Assembly (NCBI GenBank): GCA_965261085.1
Contig: OZ253442.1
Coordinates: forward strand, 3,808,001-3,872,000
DNA length: 64,000 nucleotides
Source: a bacterium
GTDB taxonomy: Bacteria; UBA8248
Reading direction: 5' to 3'
In this document: one piece after another, positions 28,648 to 39,311 of the stretch
How positions within the stretch are numbered: position 1 is the stretch's first letter
Layout of the letters: each line of letters starts with the position of its first letter
Program-made: the position numbers and the translations under genes
The notes under the pieces: generated by a model
What the model saw: only the letters and a program-made list of their open reading frames with translations
What the model was told of the DNA's origin: nothing
Database searches by the model: none

Positions 28648-29820
28648 TCAAGAAACTCCTCTAGTTTCGCATATCTCGCCAAGTTTTTCATGGGCCAGGC
28701 GCAGCCGGATCAGCCCATCCATTGCCTCTTCGATTTTCACGCGTTCCAGACACTCGATATCGGGACATTTTCTCGCATAACAGCCACTGCAAGCGAGTCG
28801 ATGATGTAAAACCAAATGCCCTTCTCCCCATGGACCGTTTCTCACGGGTTCCGTAGGTCCCATGATCGTCAAACATCGAATCCCCATGGCGGCAGCGAGA
28901 TGCATGGGACCCGAGTCGCCACCCACAAAACAAGAGCCGCGCCGAATCAAGGCCATCATTTCGCGAATACTCGTCGCAGGAGCAACATAGGGTTGTGTTC
29001 TCATTGAGCCCGTCACTTCTTCCGCTATCTTTTCCTCTCCCGGACCCCATATCAAAAGGACATCTCCCATGTCGTTTTCATGCCAATGATCGGCGAGTTG
29101 CGCAAAACGATCCGGCGCCCAGCGTTTCGTCACCCACCCACCCCCGGGATGAATGACCAACAGGGGGCGGCCGTCCTGATGCCCCAAGCCCTCCAAATAC
29201 TTTTCCGCCTGCTCCCCTTCTCCCTGCGTTTCATGAAGAGGAAACCGGTATTGCTCCTTTTGAGGAATGGGTAAATCGAGAGGTTTCAGGAGAGCCAGAT
29301 TTTTTTCCACCACATGGTGGGGATTTTCCGGGGGGAACACTTGATGCGTCGTAAAAAGTACGTTCATGCCCTCCCTGCAATAACGATGCTCAAACCCTAT
29401 GCGAACAGGCGCTCCCGATGCCCAAGTCAACAAACCGCTTTTGATCAGCCCTTGGGCATCCAGCGCCACGTCGGCGCCTACATTCTTCACAGCCAGTAGG
29501 TCACGTCTGAAAGCGGAGAAACCGCCGGATAACAGGTTTTTCCGCCATGCCCTGGTATCAATGGTCAAAACTTCATCTATATCTGAATTTTCAAGAAGCA
29601 CTTCTCGTGGGGCGAATTCAACTGCCCAGGTGATATGGGAATCAGGCCGCGCATCCTTGATGGCCGACGCCAGGGGGAGGGTATGAACGACGTCGCCTAT
29701 CGCGCCCAATCGGATGATGAGGAATCGCTCACCCATACGCGGCTGCTCTCCCCATGCGCATGGCGAGGTCCGTGGAAGAATGCTCATTGGAGTCTCCACA
29801 AATGACGACTTCCCCTCCAT
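28648..29820 (-). CDS. waaC: Lipopolysaccharide heptosyltransferase I (GT9)
   Basis: IRLGAIGDVVHTLP, DAQGLIKS, GDSGPMHLAAA; start uncertain. Confidence 0.82.
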   Translation of the reverse strand: MEGKSSFVETPMSILPRTSPCAWGEQPRMGERFLIIRLGAIGDVVHTLPLASAIKDARPDSHITWAVEFAPREVLLENSDIDEVLTIDTRAWRKNLLSGGFSAFRRDLLAVKNVGADVALDAQGLIKSGLLTWASGAPVRIGFEHRYCREGMNVLFTTHQVFPPENPHHVVEKNLALLKPLDLPIPQKEQYRFPLHETQGEGEQAEKYLEGLGHQDGRPLLVIHPGGGWVTKRWAPDRFAQLADHWHENDMGDVLLIWGPGEEKIAEEVTGSMRTQPYVAPATSIREMMALIRRGSCFVGGDSGPMHLAAAMGIRCLTIMGPTEPVRNGPWGEGHLVLHHRLACSGCYARKCPDIECLERVKIEEAMDGLIRLRLAHEKLGEICETRGVS

Positions 29821-29887
29821 AGCTTCTTACCGTTTTCGGGTTCGGGCGCCGTGCCTAGCGTGTCGTCCATCCCCTTTTCCTGGATGC

Positions 29888-30901
29888 TCACGCGCCCTCC
29901 TCCTCGAACGTCGCCAGGAGTTCATGAGGTTCCACGACCGTCGTTCCCGCCTTCATTACCACCAACCCCGCCGCGCGATTCGCGATCTCAGCCGCCTCAC
30001 GCATCCACGCGCCCGCAACCAGAGAGAGTGTGAACGCGGCGATCACCGTATCCCCCGCCCCGGTCACATCGAGCACCTGATCCGACCCATGGATAGGGAT
30101 GTCAGCTCTTGGGACATTTCCTTCAAAGAGGCTCATGCCCTTGTCTCCCCGGGTGATCAAAACTGCCCGGGCGCCCGTCTTTTCAAGCAGAGTAGCTCCC
30201 GCCTCATCAAGACGCTCTTCATCGGGCCAATACCCGAGCATCCCTTCCACTTCCTCTTCGTTGGGCGTGATGGCGGTAACCCCAAAAAACGAATCTCCCG
30301 CATATCGACTGTCCACCGTGATGATGAGTTCGGTGGATAATTTCCGGATTGCATCCTTGACGCCTTTCGTAACGACTCCCAAGCCATAGTCTGAAATCAA
30401 AAGAGCATCCAGGCCGTCATCCGCCATTCGCTCGATCTCACGCACCATCCGGGACTCAAGACTCTCGCTCAAGTCCAGCTTCTTTTCATGATCCACCCGG
30501 ATCACCTGCTGGCGCTTGGTGTTTCGGCCTCCCGCCATGATGCGCGTTTTCGTAGGAGTGACACGCTCGGGATCCGCCCATAAAAGCTCGGTATCGATTC
30601 CGTGTTTCCCCATCGCACGACGGAGCTCCTGGCCCGCTTCATCGGCCCCCAACGCACCGATGGCCCGCACGTTTCCGCCCAAGGCCGCTGCGTTCATCGC
30701 CGCATTTCCGCCGCCGCCGGGAACGATCTCGCGCCCAGTGAAATCCAAAACAAGAACCGGCGCTTCCCTGCTGATGCGAGAGGTGGCGCCATAGATGAAT
30801 TCATCCGCAATGAAATCACCCATCACCGCCACACGGATGGACGAAAATCTTTGGATATATCCCTCCAGTGGTGAACTCATACTAGTGATTCCCGGCCTCA
30901 T
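29888..30901 (-). CDS. hldA: D-glycero-beta-D-manno-heptose-7-phosphate kinase (HldE kinase domain only, HldA/RfaE1)
   Basis: RISREAPV, PGGGGNAA, ISDYGLG, DVTGAGDTV; no adenylyltransferase domain. Confidence 0.85.
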   Translation of the reverse strand: MRPGITSMSSPLEGYIQRFSSIRVAVMGDFIADEFIYGATSRISREAPVLVLDFTGREIVPGGGGNAAMNAAALGGNVRAIGALGADEAGQELRRAMGKHGIDTELLWADPERVTPTKTRIMAGGRNTKRQQVIRVDHEKKLDLSESLESRMVREIERMADDGLDALLISDYGLGVVTKGVKDAIRKLSTELIITVDSRYAGDSFFGVTAITPNEEEVEGMLGYWPDEERLDEAGATLLEKTGARAVLITRGDKGMSLFEGNVPRADIPIHGSDQVLDVTGAGDTVIAAFTLSLVAGAWMREAAEIANRAAGLVVMKAGTTVVEPHELLATFEEEGA

Positions 30902-31484
30902 TCAAAATGATTTCCACTGCATGATAGGCATCTTGCGCCACGAAATCGGGCTGGCGGGGCCACTGCGCTCCACGAAGCTCTCTTTCTCCCCGCCCATACC
31001 CTGTGAGCAAAAGGCCTGACCTACAACCCGCGCGCCAGCCTGCTTCCAAATCGGAATACTTGTCTCCCAGCATGACGGAATTTCCCAAATCGATATCGTG
31101 CTCCGCCGCCGCCTTCAAGAGCATCCCCGGATAGGGTTTTCGCATCTTGCAGTCAACCGCATAATCGAGATTGTCTCCGTTCGGGACGTGTGGGCAATAG
31201 TAGATTGCGTCAAGCCGCGCACCTTTGCCATTGAGCTCATCCTGAAGCTTGCGGTGCACTTTTTCCAGCATGGATTCGGGGAAATAGCCCCTGGCCACGC
31301 CGGCCTGGTTCGTAATCAAAACGGCAAGCCACCTCGCCTCGTTCACTTTTCGGACGGCCGCCGCCGCCCTGGGGAGGAGTTCATACACGTCGAGGTGAGT
31401 GACGTAGCCTACGTCACGATTCAGAGTTCCGTCCCTGTCGAAAAATACCGCCGGCCTCTTCGTGACGCCTTTCTCAATTTCCAT
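30882..31484 (-). CDS. gmhB: D,D-heptose 1,7-bisphosphate phosphatase
   Basis: FDRDGTLN, TNQAGVARG, CPH..DC..RKP.PGM, GDKYSD. Confidence 0.9.
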   Translation of the reverse strand: MEIEKGVTKRPAVFFDRDGTLNRDVGYVTHLDVYELLPRAAAAVRKVNEARWLAVLITNQAGVARGYFPESMLEKVHRKLQDELNGKGARLDAIYYCPHVPNGDNLDYAVDCKMRKPYPGMLLKAAAEHDIDLGNSVMLGDKYSDLEAGWRAGCRSGLLLTGYGRGERELRGAQWPRQPDFVAQDAYHAVEIILNEAGNH

Positions 31485-32556
31485 CTTTCCCTATTCCCAT
31501 TTTTTTGTTCAGCAACCCGATGGCTTCGCTCGCCACTTCTTCAGGCGTAATCTGTTTCATGCAGTTGTGATGACGGAGAGGACATGTTCTCGCGAAACAC
31601 GGGCTGCAATCGAGATTCCTGTGAATACTCCGATTCCAAGGGCCTCTTGGCGCCGTTCGCCGATAGTCCGTGGGTCCGAACAGCGCAATCGTCGGGGTCC
31701 CGGCAAGTGCGGCTACATGCAGTGGACCAGTATCACCAGATATGAACACATCCAAACTTGACAGCAAGGCGGGCAGTGTTTCCAAAGTATCTCTTCCAGT
31801 GAGATTCACCGCTCGCCCTCCGGACATCATATCCAATTTCCCTGTAAGCGCCAGTTCATCCGGCCCGCCCAATATGAAAACCTGCGCTCCCTCATGATCT
31901 ACGAGTTGGTGAATGAGTTTTTGGAAATATTCCAGCGGCCACGTCTTGGATTCGCCGAAAAAGGCCCCGGGATGAATACCTACTAAAGGCGCATTTTTCC
32001 CCGTGCGATATGATTTCAGTAAATTTTCCGCGAATTTTTGCGACTCTGGTGTGATGAAGAAATCATCAACCCGAACCTGGGTTTCATATCCTTCCGCCTC
32101 AAGAAGGTAAAGATACTGATCCACCAAATGAGAAACATCTCGCGGAGGAACTACACGGTTGCTCAAAAGCCAGCCCCGGCTATCGGTCCCATACCCGATT
32201 TGCCGCCTTGCTCCTATCCACTTCGCCATGAGGGCTGCACGGAAGCTATTGGGCAGAATCCACGCATAATCCACCGTCTCGTTTTTTAACATTCTCCTTA
32301 AAGCAATGAAGCTGCTCCATTTCCCCGCATCGAGCGATAAGACCCGATCAACCCAGGGAAAACTGCGGAGCAACCCAGTAGTCCAGGGACCTGCCGCCGC
32401 CATCAGCCTCGCCTCAGGATGCGCTCTTCTCAATGATGAAAAAAAAGGAGCGGACATCGCCGTGTCACCTATCCATGTGGGCGTCACTACAAGATGCAAC
32501 TCTCCCTGATGGGCATCACCGCTCAAGCTCGATTCCTCCCCGATGAGTCGCCTCAC
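31474..32556 (-). CDS. waaF: Lipopolysaccharide heptosyltransferase II
   Basis: PTWIGD, LPNSFRAA, PGAFFGESKTWP, CSPCFARTCP..H..C. Confidence 0.9.
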   Translation of the reverse strand: MRRLIGEESSLSGDAHQGELHLVVTPTWIGDTAMSAPFFSSLRRAHPEARLMAAAGPWTTGLLRSFPWVDRVLSLDAGKWSSFIALRRMLKNETVDYAWILPNSFRAALMAKWIGARRQIGYGTDSRGWLLSNRVVPPRDVSHLVDQYLYLLEAEGYETQVRVDDFFITPESQKFAENLLKSYRTGKNAPLVGIHPGAFFGESKTWPLEYFQKLIHQLVDHEGAQVFILGGPDELALTGKLDMMSGGRAVNLTGRDTLETLPALLSSLDVFISGDTGPLHVAALAGTPTIALFGPTDYRRTAPRGPWNRSIHRNLDCSPCFARTCPLRHHNCMKQITPEEVASEAIGLLNKKMGIGKDGN

Positions 32557-32713
32557 CTTGAGTCATGGGGAAAACACTAAAACTCCCTTTCTTTCAACGC
32601 TATCAACCGACGTTATAGGCGTCAATGAGCATGAAACCATGCTTTGCAATACCGCAAATGCTCATATAGTGTGACGTGAGAGTATTGAGTGCCCGTCTCC
32701 CAGAGGATTCCCC

Positions 32714-33931
32714 TTGAAAACATTGCACCGATATATCCTGGGTGAATTGGTGTCCTATCTGCTCATATCCTTGTTCTTCCTTACCTTCGTACTCCTGCTA
32801 CACAAAATGTTCCTATTCACGGATTTGGTGGTGAACCGCGGAGTGCCACTCTCGATTGTAGCGCAATTTCTTTTCGCCGCCTTGCCCGTTCTCATCCTCG
32901 TTACCTTGCCCATGTCCACTCTGATTTCCTGCATCATGGTATTCAGCCGCCTGTCGAGCGATAACGAATCCCTGGCGATGACCGCCTCCGGCATGACCTT
33001 CTACTCTCAACTCATCCCCGTGGGAGTGGTGGGCATAACCACTGCTGTCCTGAGCGGATTCCTCATGATGTTCGGTCTCCCCTGGAGCCAAAACACCACA
33101 CTGGAACTCCGCCAGGAGATGCTTCGCAGTCGAGCCGCCACATTCGATCTTCGAGAACAGGTATTTCACGACAGTTTTGATGGAATCATGTTCTACGTGC
33201 GAGAAATAGATGGGTCGGACAAAGTCATGAAAGGCATCATGATTTCAGACACAAGAGAGGCCGGAAAAAACCGGGTCATCTTTGCCGAGCGTGGTATGCT
33301 AATCAAATCCCCTACATCCCCTAAAGTATGGCTGCGCCTCGTCAGAGGAACCATCCACACGGTCAGCGAACCCGAAAAAGCCTCCGGCAAGAAAACCGGC
33401 ACGCATGATAGTTCCTCTCTCTCCAGAAACCATTACCAAATCGCGCGCTTCGGAAACTACGACCTCAATTTAGAACTCACGAAAACCATCGGAAAAACCA
33501 AAGCGCTTCGGAGAAGCCTGCGATCTTTTCCATTACATGAACTCAGAAACAAACTCAAAAAACATGAGCCTGGAACAAGCCGGTACAACGCCATTCTCGT
33601 GGAGTTGCACAAGAAATTCTCGGTACCCTTCACATGCCTTATCCTGGCGTTCCTGGGGGCGCCTCTTGGCGTACAGAACAAACGCTCAGGACGCCATGGC
33701 GGCTTCGCCCTGAGCTTGGGCATTCTGATTCTCTATTATATGGTCGTCACCTTCGCCGAAGGCATCGCAGAAAGCGGGCGAATCACTCCTTTCGTCGCCG
33801 TCTGGAGCCCGAACATATTATTGGCTTTCCTCGCGGGATTCATGGTGCGAACCGTAGGGCGGCGCAACACCATCGATATTTGGGGTCTGTTCCTCAAACC
33901 TTTTTCCCTGTTCAGCCGAAGCAAATCATAA
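32714..33931 (+). CDS. lptF: LPS export permease LptF
   Basis: RLSSDNE..AM.ASG, 3+3 TM organisation, paired with lptG. Confidence 0.88.
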   Translation: MKTLHRYILGELVSYLLISLFFLTFVLLLHKMFLFTDLVVNRGVPLSIVAQFLFAALPVLILVTLPMSTLISCIMVFSRLSSDNESLAMTASGMTFYSQLIPVGVVGITTAVLSGFLMMFGLPWSQNTTLELRQEMLRSRAATFDLREQVFHDSFDGIMFYVREIDGSDKVMKGIMISDTREAGKNRVIFAERGMLIKSPTSPKVWLRLVRGTIHTVSEPEKASGKKTGTHDSSSLSRNHYQIARFGNYDLNLELTKTIGKTKALRRSLRSFPLHELRNKLKKHEPGTSRYNAILVELHKKFSVPFTCLILAFLGAPLGVQNKRSGRHGGFALSLGILILYYMVVTFAEGIAESGRITPFVAVWSPNILLAFLAGFMVRTVGRRNTIDIWGLFLKPFSLFSRSKS

Positions 33932-33940
33932 ATTCCCGCC

Positions 33941-35029
33941 ATGACCTTACTGAGCCGCTACATCCTGAAACAGTTTTTAAGAATGGTATTTCTTTGCCAG
34001 TCAGGAGCCATCACTCTCTTCCTCATCGCGGAGTTTATCGAGCGCATCGATGATTTTATCGAAGAGAACGCGACCCTGGCCGACGGATCCCTGTATTTTC
34101 TATACAAAATTCCCCATCTCGTTTTTCTCTCTGTTCCGCTCACCGTTCTGATGGCGAGTACTTTTACGCTGATTCTTTTTTCGAGAGAAAACGAAGTTCT
34201 CGCCATGCGCGCCAACGGCTTGAGTCTCTACCGAATCATTACACCAATCCTCCTCGCCAGCTTGGGAATCAGCCTCCTTACTTTCTTGGCTAATGAATAT
34301 ATTGTTCCACATACCAACAAGCAGGGAGAATATATCCGGCGAGTCAACATCCAGAAAATCGGCTTGCGAACGCATGCCCAGAGAGACAAAATATGGTATC
34401 GCTCAGGAAACAACACCATCTGGCAAATCACGCACTATGACCCATCCTCGGAAAAAATGAGAGGCGTTACTCTATACAGAATGGATCCGCACAATCGCTT
34501 AACACAACGTATTGACGCGATTGAGGCTGTTTGGGCGCCTGTGAAAAAGCATTGGGAATTTCTCCAGGGCGTAATCCATGACTTTTCAGATGAAGGGAAA
34601 ATCAAACGCGAAACTTTTCAGAAAAAATTTTTTGCGCTTGAGGAAAACCCGGAAGATTTCAAAAAAACAGGCCGAAATCCGGAGACGATGAATTATCAGG
34701 AACTCACTCGCTACATCGAAAGCTTGAGTAAAAACGGTGTGGACCCGACCCGCTACGTCGTAGATATGTGGGCAAAAATTTCTGCTCCATTCATCAGTTT
34801 TGTATTGGCCTTCGTGGGTGTACCTTTTTGTATTCGAAACAGCAGAAGCGGAGGAGTCGCTCTAGGAGTCGCCATCGCCATCGGAATCGGCGCCATCTAT
34901 CTCGTTCTTTTCCATGCAAGTCTTTCGTTTGGACATGCCGGACGCCTGCCACCCATCCTGGCGGCCTGGGGACCCAATGCCATTTTCTTCGCGGGTGGAG
35001 CTTATTTTCTCGCTTCCATAAGGGGATAA
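33941..35029 (+). CDS. lptG: LPS export permease LptG
   Basis: SRENEVLAMRANGLS, LANEYIVP, LAAWGPN. Confidence 0.88.
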   Translation: MTLLSRYILKQFLRMVFLCQSGAITLFLIAEFIERIDDFIEENATLADGSLYFLYKIPHLVFLSVPLTVLMASTFTLILFSRENEVLAMRANGLSLYRIITPILLASLGISLLTFLANEYIVPHTNKQGEYIRRVNIQKIGLRTHAQRDKIWYRSGNNTIWQITHYDPSSEKMRGVTLYRMDPHNRLTQRIDAIEAVWAPVKKHWEFLQGVIHDFSDEGKIKRETFQKKFFALEENPEDFKKTGRNPETMNYQELTRYIESLSKNGVDPTRYVVDMWAKISAPFISFVLAFVGVPFCIRNSRSGGVALGVAIAIGIGAIYLVLFHASLSFGHAGRLPPILAAWGPNAIFFAGGAYFLASIRG

Positions 35030-35038
35030 CGCGTCCAT

Positions 35039-36124
35039 TCAAGACGAAAATACTTTCTTCTCGATCATGGCGGTCAAGTTCATCTCATCATCGATTCTCA
35101 TCATCACGCGAAGGACACGAAGCGGCACGTTACTCAACAATACAGACAGCTTTACCGCATCTTTTTCCGTAGTGAGAATAAAATCGGCCTTCGTTTTCTG
35201 CAGCGATGAAACAAGGCGCACGCCATCCGCCAACGCGTAATGAGCGTGGTCCGGATATTCGTGGTGCATCATCACCTCGACATTCAACGATTCAAGCGTT
35301 TTCTCGAAACCATACGGATTTCCCAAGCCACTCACGGCGACGACTTTGGCGCCTTTCAACTCGTCTGGTAAGCCCACTTTCTCTCCTCTTGAATCCAGGA
35401 GCGCATCGGGCTCAAGATGCCCCGTGAACAATGGAATATCCGGGATAAGAGACCGAATTTCCTTTTTCGTACGATCGGCACATTCGCCCGTCATCAAAAC
35501 AGCGTCTGCACGCTTGAGAGCCGAAACAGGCTCCCGGAGAACACCTGCGGGAATCACCCGGCCATTTCCAATAGGATAATCCCCGCGTAAAACCACCACA
35601 TCCATATCCCGGGAAAGAGCCAGGTGTTGAAACCCATCGTCGAGAACAATTACATCCGCTCCGAATTCCTCCACTGCCTTTTCCGCGACTAAAGAACGGT
35701 CCCAACCCGTTAAAACGAGAAGGTCTGGATAGCGGCGGGCAAGCATGGCCGCTTCATCCGCGGCCGGCGGCACCGACATCAACCGCCCCTCCCCATCACC
35801 CACAACCATCACATCCTTGGGTCTTCCCCCATAGCCCCTGCTCACCACAGCGGGCTTTCGTCCTTTCGAGGTCAGTTTTTCCACCAGCCATGCGACTGTG
35901 GGCGTCTTCCCCGTCCCCCCCAGAGCAAGGTTGCCAATCGAAATGACAGGTACGGGATTTTTCCCAACACGGGCTTTTCCAGTTTCGTAACGCCGGCGTC
36001 GACGCGCCATTGCAGCGCCATAGAGACTTCCCAAGGGATGGAGGCCCTTGGTCAACACACGGGACCAAGCCGGGGATGAAGGGTTATCCTCCCAGGCCAT
36101 CAGAATTCCGCGGCGAATACTCAT
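35039..36124 (-). CDS. lpxK: Tetraacyldisaccharide 4'-kinase
   Basis: ISIGNLALGGTGKTP, SRGYG, LDDGFQH, TTEKDAVK. Confidence 0.95.
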   Translation of the reverse strand: MSIRRGILMAWEDNPSSPAWSRVLTKGLHPLGSLYGAAMARRRRRYETGKARVGKNPVPVISIGNLALGGTGKTPTVAWLVEKLTSKGRKPAVVSRGYGGRPKDVMVVGDGEGRLMSVPPAADEAAMLARRYPDLLVLTGWDRSLVAEKAVEEFGADVIVLDDGFQHLALSRDMDVVVLRGDYPIGNGRVIPAGVLREPVSALKRADAVLMTGECADRTKKEIRSLIPDIPLFTGHLEPDALLDSRGEKVGLPDELKGAKVVAVSGLGNPYGFEKTLESLNVEVMMHHEYPDHAHYALADGVRLVSSLQKTKADFILTTEKDAVKLSVLLSNVPLRVLRVMMRIDDEMNLTAMIEKKVFSS

Positions 36125-37392
36125 GCGGCTCCCTCATCCGATTCCGCCAGGATTTGAACGATATATTCCGCAGTTCGCTCGGAAGCGCCCCGGTTGTTCT
36201 GCACTACCCGGCGGGCCGCCTCACCTGCCTGATTTCGGGATACCGGATCGTTCAACCATTTCATTACGGCCGCCTCCAGATTCTCCCGCCCGTTCAGTTG
36301 AACCGCGCCGCCTTGTTTCACCATCTCGCACGTCACCTCGGCGAAATTCTCCATGTGAGGACCGCACAGGCACGGCACCGCCCAACGCGCCGCCTCAATG
36401 GGGTTCTGGCCGCCATGAGGAATGAAACTTCCCCCGATGATCGCCATCGTCGCGCCGCCATACGCATCCGCCAGTTCTCCCATCACATCCAGGATGACTA
36501 CTTGATGCGCACCGCCTGTATTTTTTATACGGCTCCACCTCACAGGAGAAATACCCGAGTTCTGCAGATCCGCCTCTACCTGATCCACCCTTTCCAAATG
36601 GCGCGGCGCGAGGAGGAGGCCCACTCCGGGTATTTTCCGATCTATGGATGACAATACCTCTCCAATCAGTTTCTCTTCTCCCGGATGCGTACTGCCCGCC
36701 ACAACGACATGCTTACAAGCGCTCAAACCATATGCCCCATGCGGGGGCTCCTGAAGCGGCACAGGCGTGTCAAATTTAATGTTCCCCGAAACTCGCACGG
36801 AAGTTGCGCCCAAACTCCGAAACCGCTCGGCATCACTTTCTTCACGCGCCAGCACGTCTCTTAAATACTCGAGAACCGGAGAGAAAAAGAACTGAAAGCG
36901 TTTGTAACGACGGTACGAGCGCTCAGAAAGCCTCCCGTTGATGATGGACACAGGTATCTTACGTCTCGCCGTCTCAGCCACGAGATTCGGCCATACTTCC
37001 GTCTCTATGAGTGCGATCATGGACGGTTGAATGCGCTTCAAGGCGGAGCGGACAATTGAAGGAAAATCCAGCGGTAAATAGATGAGTTGCTCGACTCCCG
37101 ATATTTTTCTCGCCTCGTTTCTTCCTGTTTGCGTCAACGTGGAAAGCACGATTTTGAGTTCCGGCTTCTTTCTTAAAAGCGCGGGTATCAAGGCGGCGGC
37201 CACACCCACTTCCCCCACAGATACGGCATGCAGCCAAAGACGCCCTCCCTTCGAATCGGGCAACTCGGGAAGAAAGCCGAACCTTTCACGAACAGCGCGA
37301 AGGTCAAACCCCCGGAACCACAAACGGATGAGAAAATATACGAGCAAAACAGGAGAAATGAGAAGAATAATGACATTGTAGAGAAACAGCAT
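36121..37392 (-). CDS. waaA: 3-deoxy-D-manno-octulosonic acid transferase
   Basis: WLHAVSVGE, ETEVWPN, AGSTHPGE, APRHLER, GGQNPIE. Confidence 0.95.
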   Translation of the reverse strand: MLFLYNVIILLISPVLLVYFLIRLWFRGFDLRAVRERFGFLPELPDSKGGRLWLHAVSVGEVGVAAALIPALLRKKPELKIVLSTLTQTGRNEARKISGVEQLIYLPLDFPSIVRSALKRIQPSMIALIETEVWPNLVAETARRKIPVSIINGRLSERSYRRYKRFQFFFSPVLEYLRDVLAREESDAERFRSLGATSVRVSGNIKFDTPVPLQEPPHGAYGLSACKHVVVAGSTHPGEEKLIGEVLSSIDRKIPGVGLLLAPRHLERVDQVEADLQNSGISPVRWSRIKNTGGAHQVVILDVMGELADAYGGATMAIIGGSFIPHGGQNPIEAARWAVPCLCGPHMENFAEVTCEMVKQGGAVQLNGRENLEAAVMKWLNDPVSRNQAGEAARRVVQNNRGASERTAEYIVQILAESDEGAA

Positions 37393-37399
37393 TAGCGGT

Positions 37400-38131
37400 T
37401 CACTCCCCCGCTGTATTTTTCAGATAGGATTTTGCTTCCTCATTCGCATGAATGAGCCGCTTTTCGATTTCTGCGTGCTTTGCCTCCAACACTCCCTTAT
37501 CACGGGTGCGAGGGACCTCCAGAGGCTCCCCACAACAAACAACGAGTTTCCCGAACGGCAGGGGGAAAATCGTCTTGTCCCAAGTGGGGATGGTGAAAAA
37601 GCGAGATGCCGCAAAAGCGACCGGGCAAATTGGATACCCCGTGACGCTCGCCAAAGATATCGCCCCCATTTTCACTCTCTGCGGCGGGCCCTTCGGGCCG
37701 TCAGGCGTGATGACGAGTTGATGTTCCCCTTTTTTCGCCACTCGGACCATCTGCCGAAATGCAGCGGCCCCTCCTTTATCCGTTCCATCCAAAGAAGAGG
37801 AAGAGCCTCTCATGCATCGGGTATTGAACCTCGACAGCGCCTGAGCGAGTAATTCTCCGTCCCGGCTTCTGCTCGCCATACATGTGAAGTGAAAATTATT
37901 CGGATTAAAGAAGGCGGGCAGCCCCAAATGATGATGCCAGAGCGCCCAGATAAATTTTTCATTACGCTTGCGGCTCATTTTTTCATTCGATTCCGTTTTC
38001 GGCACGATGATTGATGAAGTTGCGCGCACCGCTTTAAAATAACCAGCGATAAACAAACCGCTCAGCCACGCCGAAAGCGGCGCGTCGGGGTTTCGTCCCC
38101 ATTCATCATAAGCGACCGAATCTTCATCCAT
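37400..38131 (-). CDS. DUF374 lysophospholipid acyltransferase (LpxJ-like secondary lipid A acyltransferase)
   Basis: LWH, SRSRDGE, RGSS, ITPDGPKGP, WDK...P.PF; located between lpxB and waaA. Confidence 0.82.
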   Translation of the reverse strand: MDEDSVAYDEWGRNPDAPLSAWLSGLFIAGYFKAVRATSSIIVPKTESNEKMSRKRNEKFIWALWHHHLGLPAFFNPNNFHFTCMASRSRDGELLAQALSRFNTRCMRGSSSSLDGTDKGGAAAFRQMVRVAKKGEHQLVITPDGPKGPPQRVKMGAISLASVTGYPICPVAFAASRFFTIPTWDKTIFPLPFGKLVVCCGEPLEVPRTRDKGVLEAKHAEIEKRLIHANEEAKSYLKNTAGE

Positions 38132-39311
38132 GCTGCTCGTCCTGCGCCTCAAAGCCGAGTTCTGTCGCTATATGCGTCGCGGCGCATGCATAGGGGTCCA
38201 CGCCTTCCAGGGCGTTTTGAATCCTCTCAAAAGCCCTGACTTGCCTTGCCCTGACGCCATCATCCAAAAGCACTTTCCTTAACGCATTTGCAATGGGCTG
38301 TGGGCGCACCTGTTTTTGACACAACTCGGGAACCGCCTCATAGCCAGACAATAAATTCACCAGGCTGATATAATCCACTTGAATCAAAAAATACTTGACC
38401 AGTGTATACGAAAGCAGATCCCCGACATATAGAACAACCATCGGCACACCCAAAAGGGCCGTCTCCAGAGAAGCCGTGCCGCTCGCCACGACTACGGCGT
38501 CGGCCGCGCGAATCACCTTTTGTGAATCGCCCCTGACAGGCCGTATTTCGATCCCTGATGGTTTCAATCGATTCGAAACATACCCCTCGGGCAATCCGAC
38601 CGCCTCTGAAATCAAAAAGCGCAACCCCGGCGTTTCCGCATGGATGATCTTCAGCGCATCCACCATGGCATTCATGTGTAAGTCGATTTCTTTGAGCCGA
38701 CTACCCGGGAGAAGCGAAATTACCTTATCGCTCATCGATATACCCAGTGAACGCCGGGCCATTTCTTTTGAAGGCGCATCCCGAAGTTCATAGGCGATGG
38801 GATTGCCGATAAACTTGGCTCTTCCGCCTAACTCGTTAAAAATATGGGGCTCAAAGGGAAATATGTTCAGGGCCAGGTCAAAAACATCCGCAATGGTGCG
38901 GGCGCGGCCTTTCCACCAGGCCCATACCTGGGGAGTGATGAAGTATATGCATTTGGGCGGTTGCGGCAGCTTGCGCACCGAACGCGCGCACGAAAGATTG
39001 AATCCCGGATAATCTACGAAAATCACCGCTTTCGGTTTCTGATTCGAGATCTTCCTCAGCAAATCTTTTTTGATTTTTCTAAGTTTTGGATAAATGCGGG
39101 GAATGCCGCCAAAACCAGTGATAGATATATCGCCGATGTCATGAATTAAGTCGACACCCGCCTCGGCCATGAATTGTCCACCCATCCCGGATAATTGGAG
39201 GTTAGGCATCCTGGCAGCAAGCGCCTTTACTAAATTCGCGGCGTGGACATCTCCAGATGGCTCCCCAGCGACCACCATAATGTCGTTTGTTGAGCGCTCA
39301 TCCCTGCTCAT
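38124..39311 (-). CDS. lpxB: Lipid-A-disaccharide synthase
   Basis: AGEPSGD, VDYPGFN, PQVWAW, LPGSR..E, SGTASLE. Confidence 0.95.
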   Translation of the reverse strand: MSRDERSTNDIMVVAGEPSGDVHAANLVKALAARMPNLQLSGMGGQFMAEAGVDLIHDIGDISITGFGGIPRIYPKLRKIKKDLLRKISNQKPKAVIFVDYPGFNLSCARSVRKLPQPPKCIYFITPQVWAWWKGRARTIADVFDLALNIFPFEPHIFNELGGRAKFIGNPIAYELRDAPSKEMARRSLGISMSDKVISLLPGSRLKEIDLHMNAMVDALKIIHAETPGLRFLISEAVGLPEGYVSNRLKPSGIEIRPVRGDSQKVIRAADAVVVASGTASLETALLGVPMVVLYVGDLLSYTLVKYFLIQVDYISLVNLLSGYEAVPELCQKQVRPQPIANALRKVLLDDGVRARQVRAFERIQNALEGVDPYACAATHIATELGFEAQDEQHG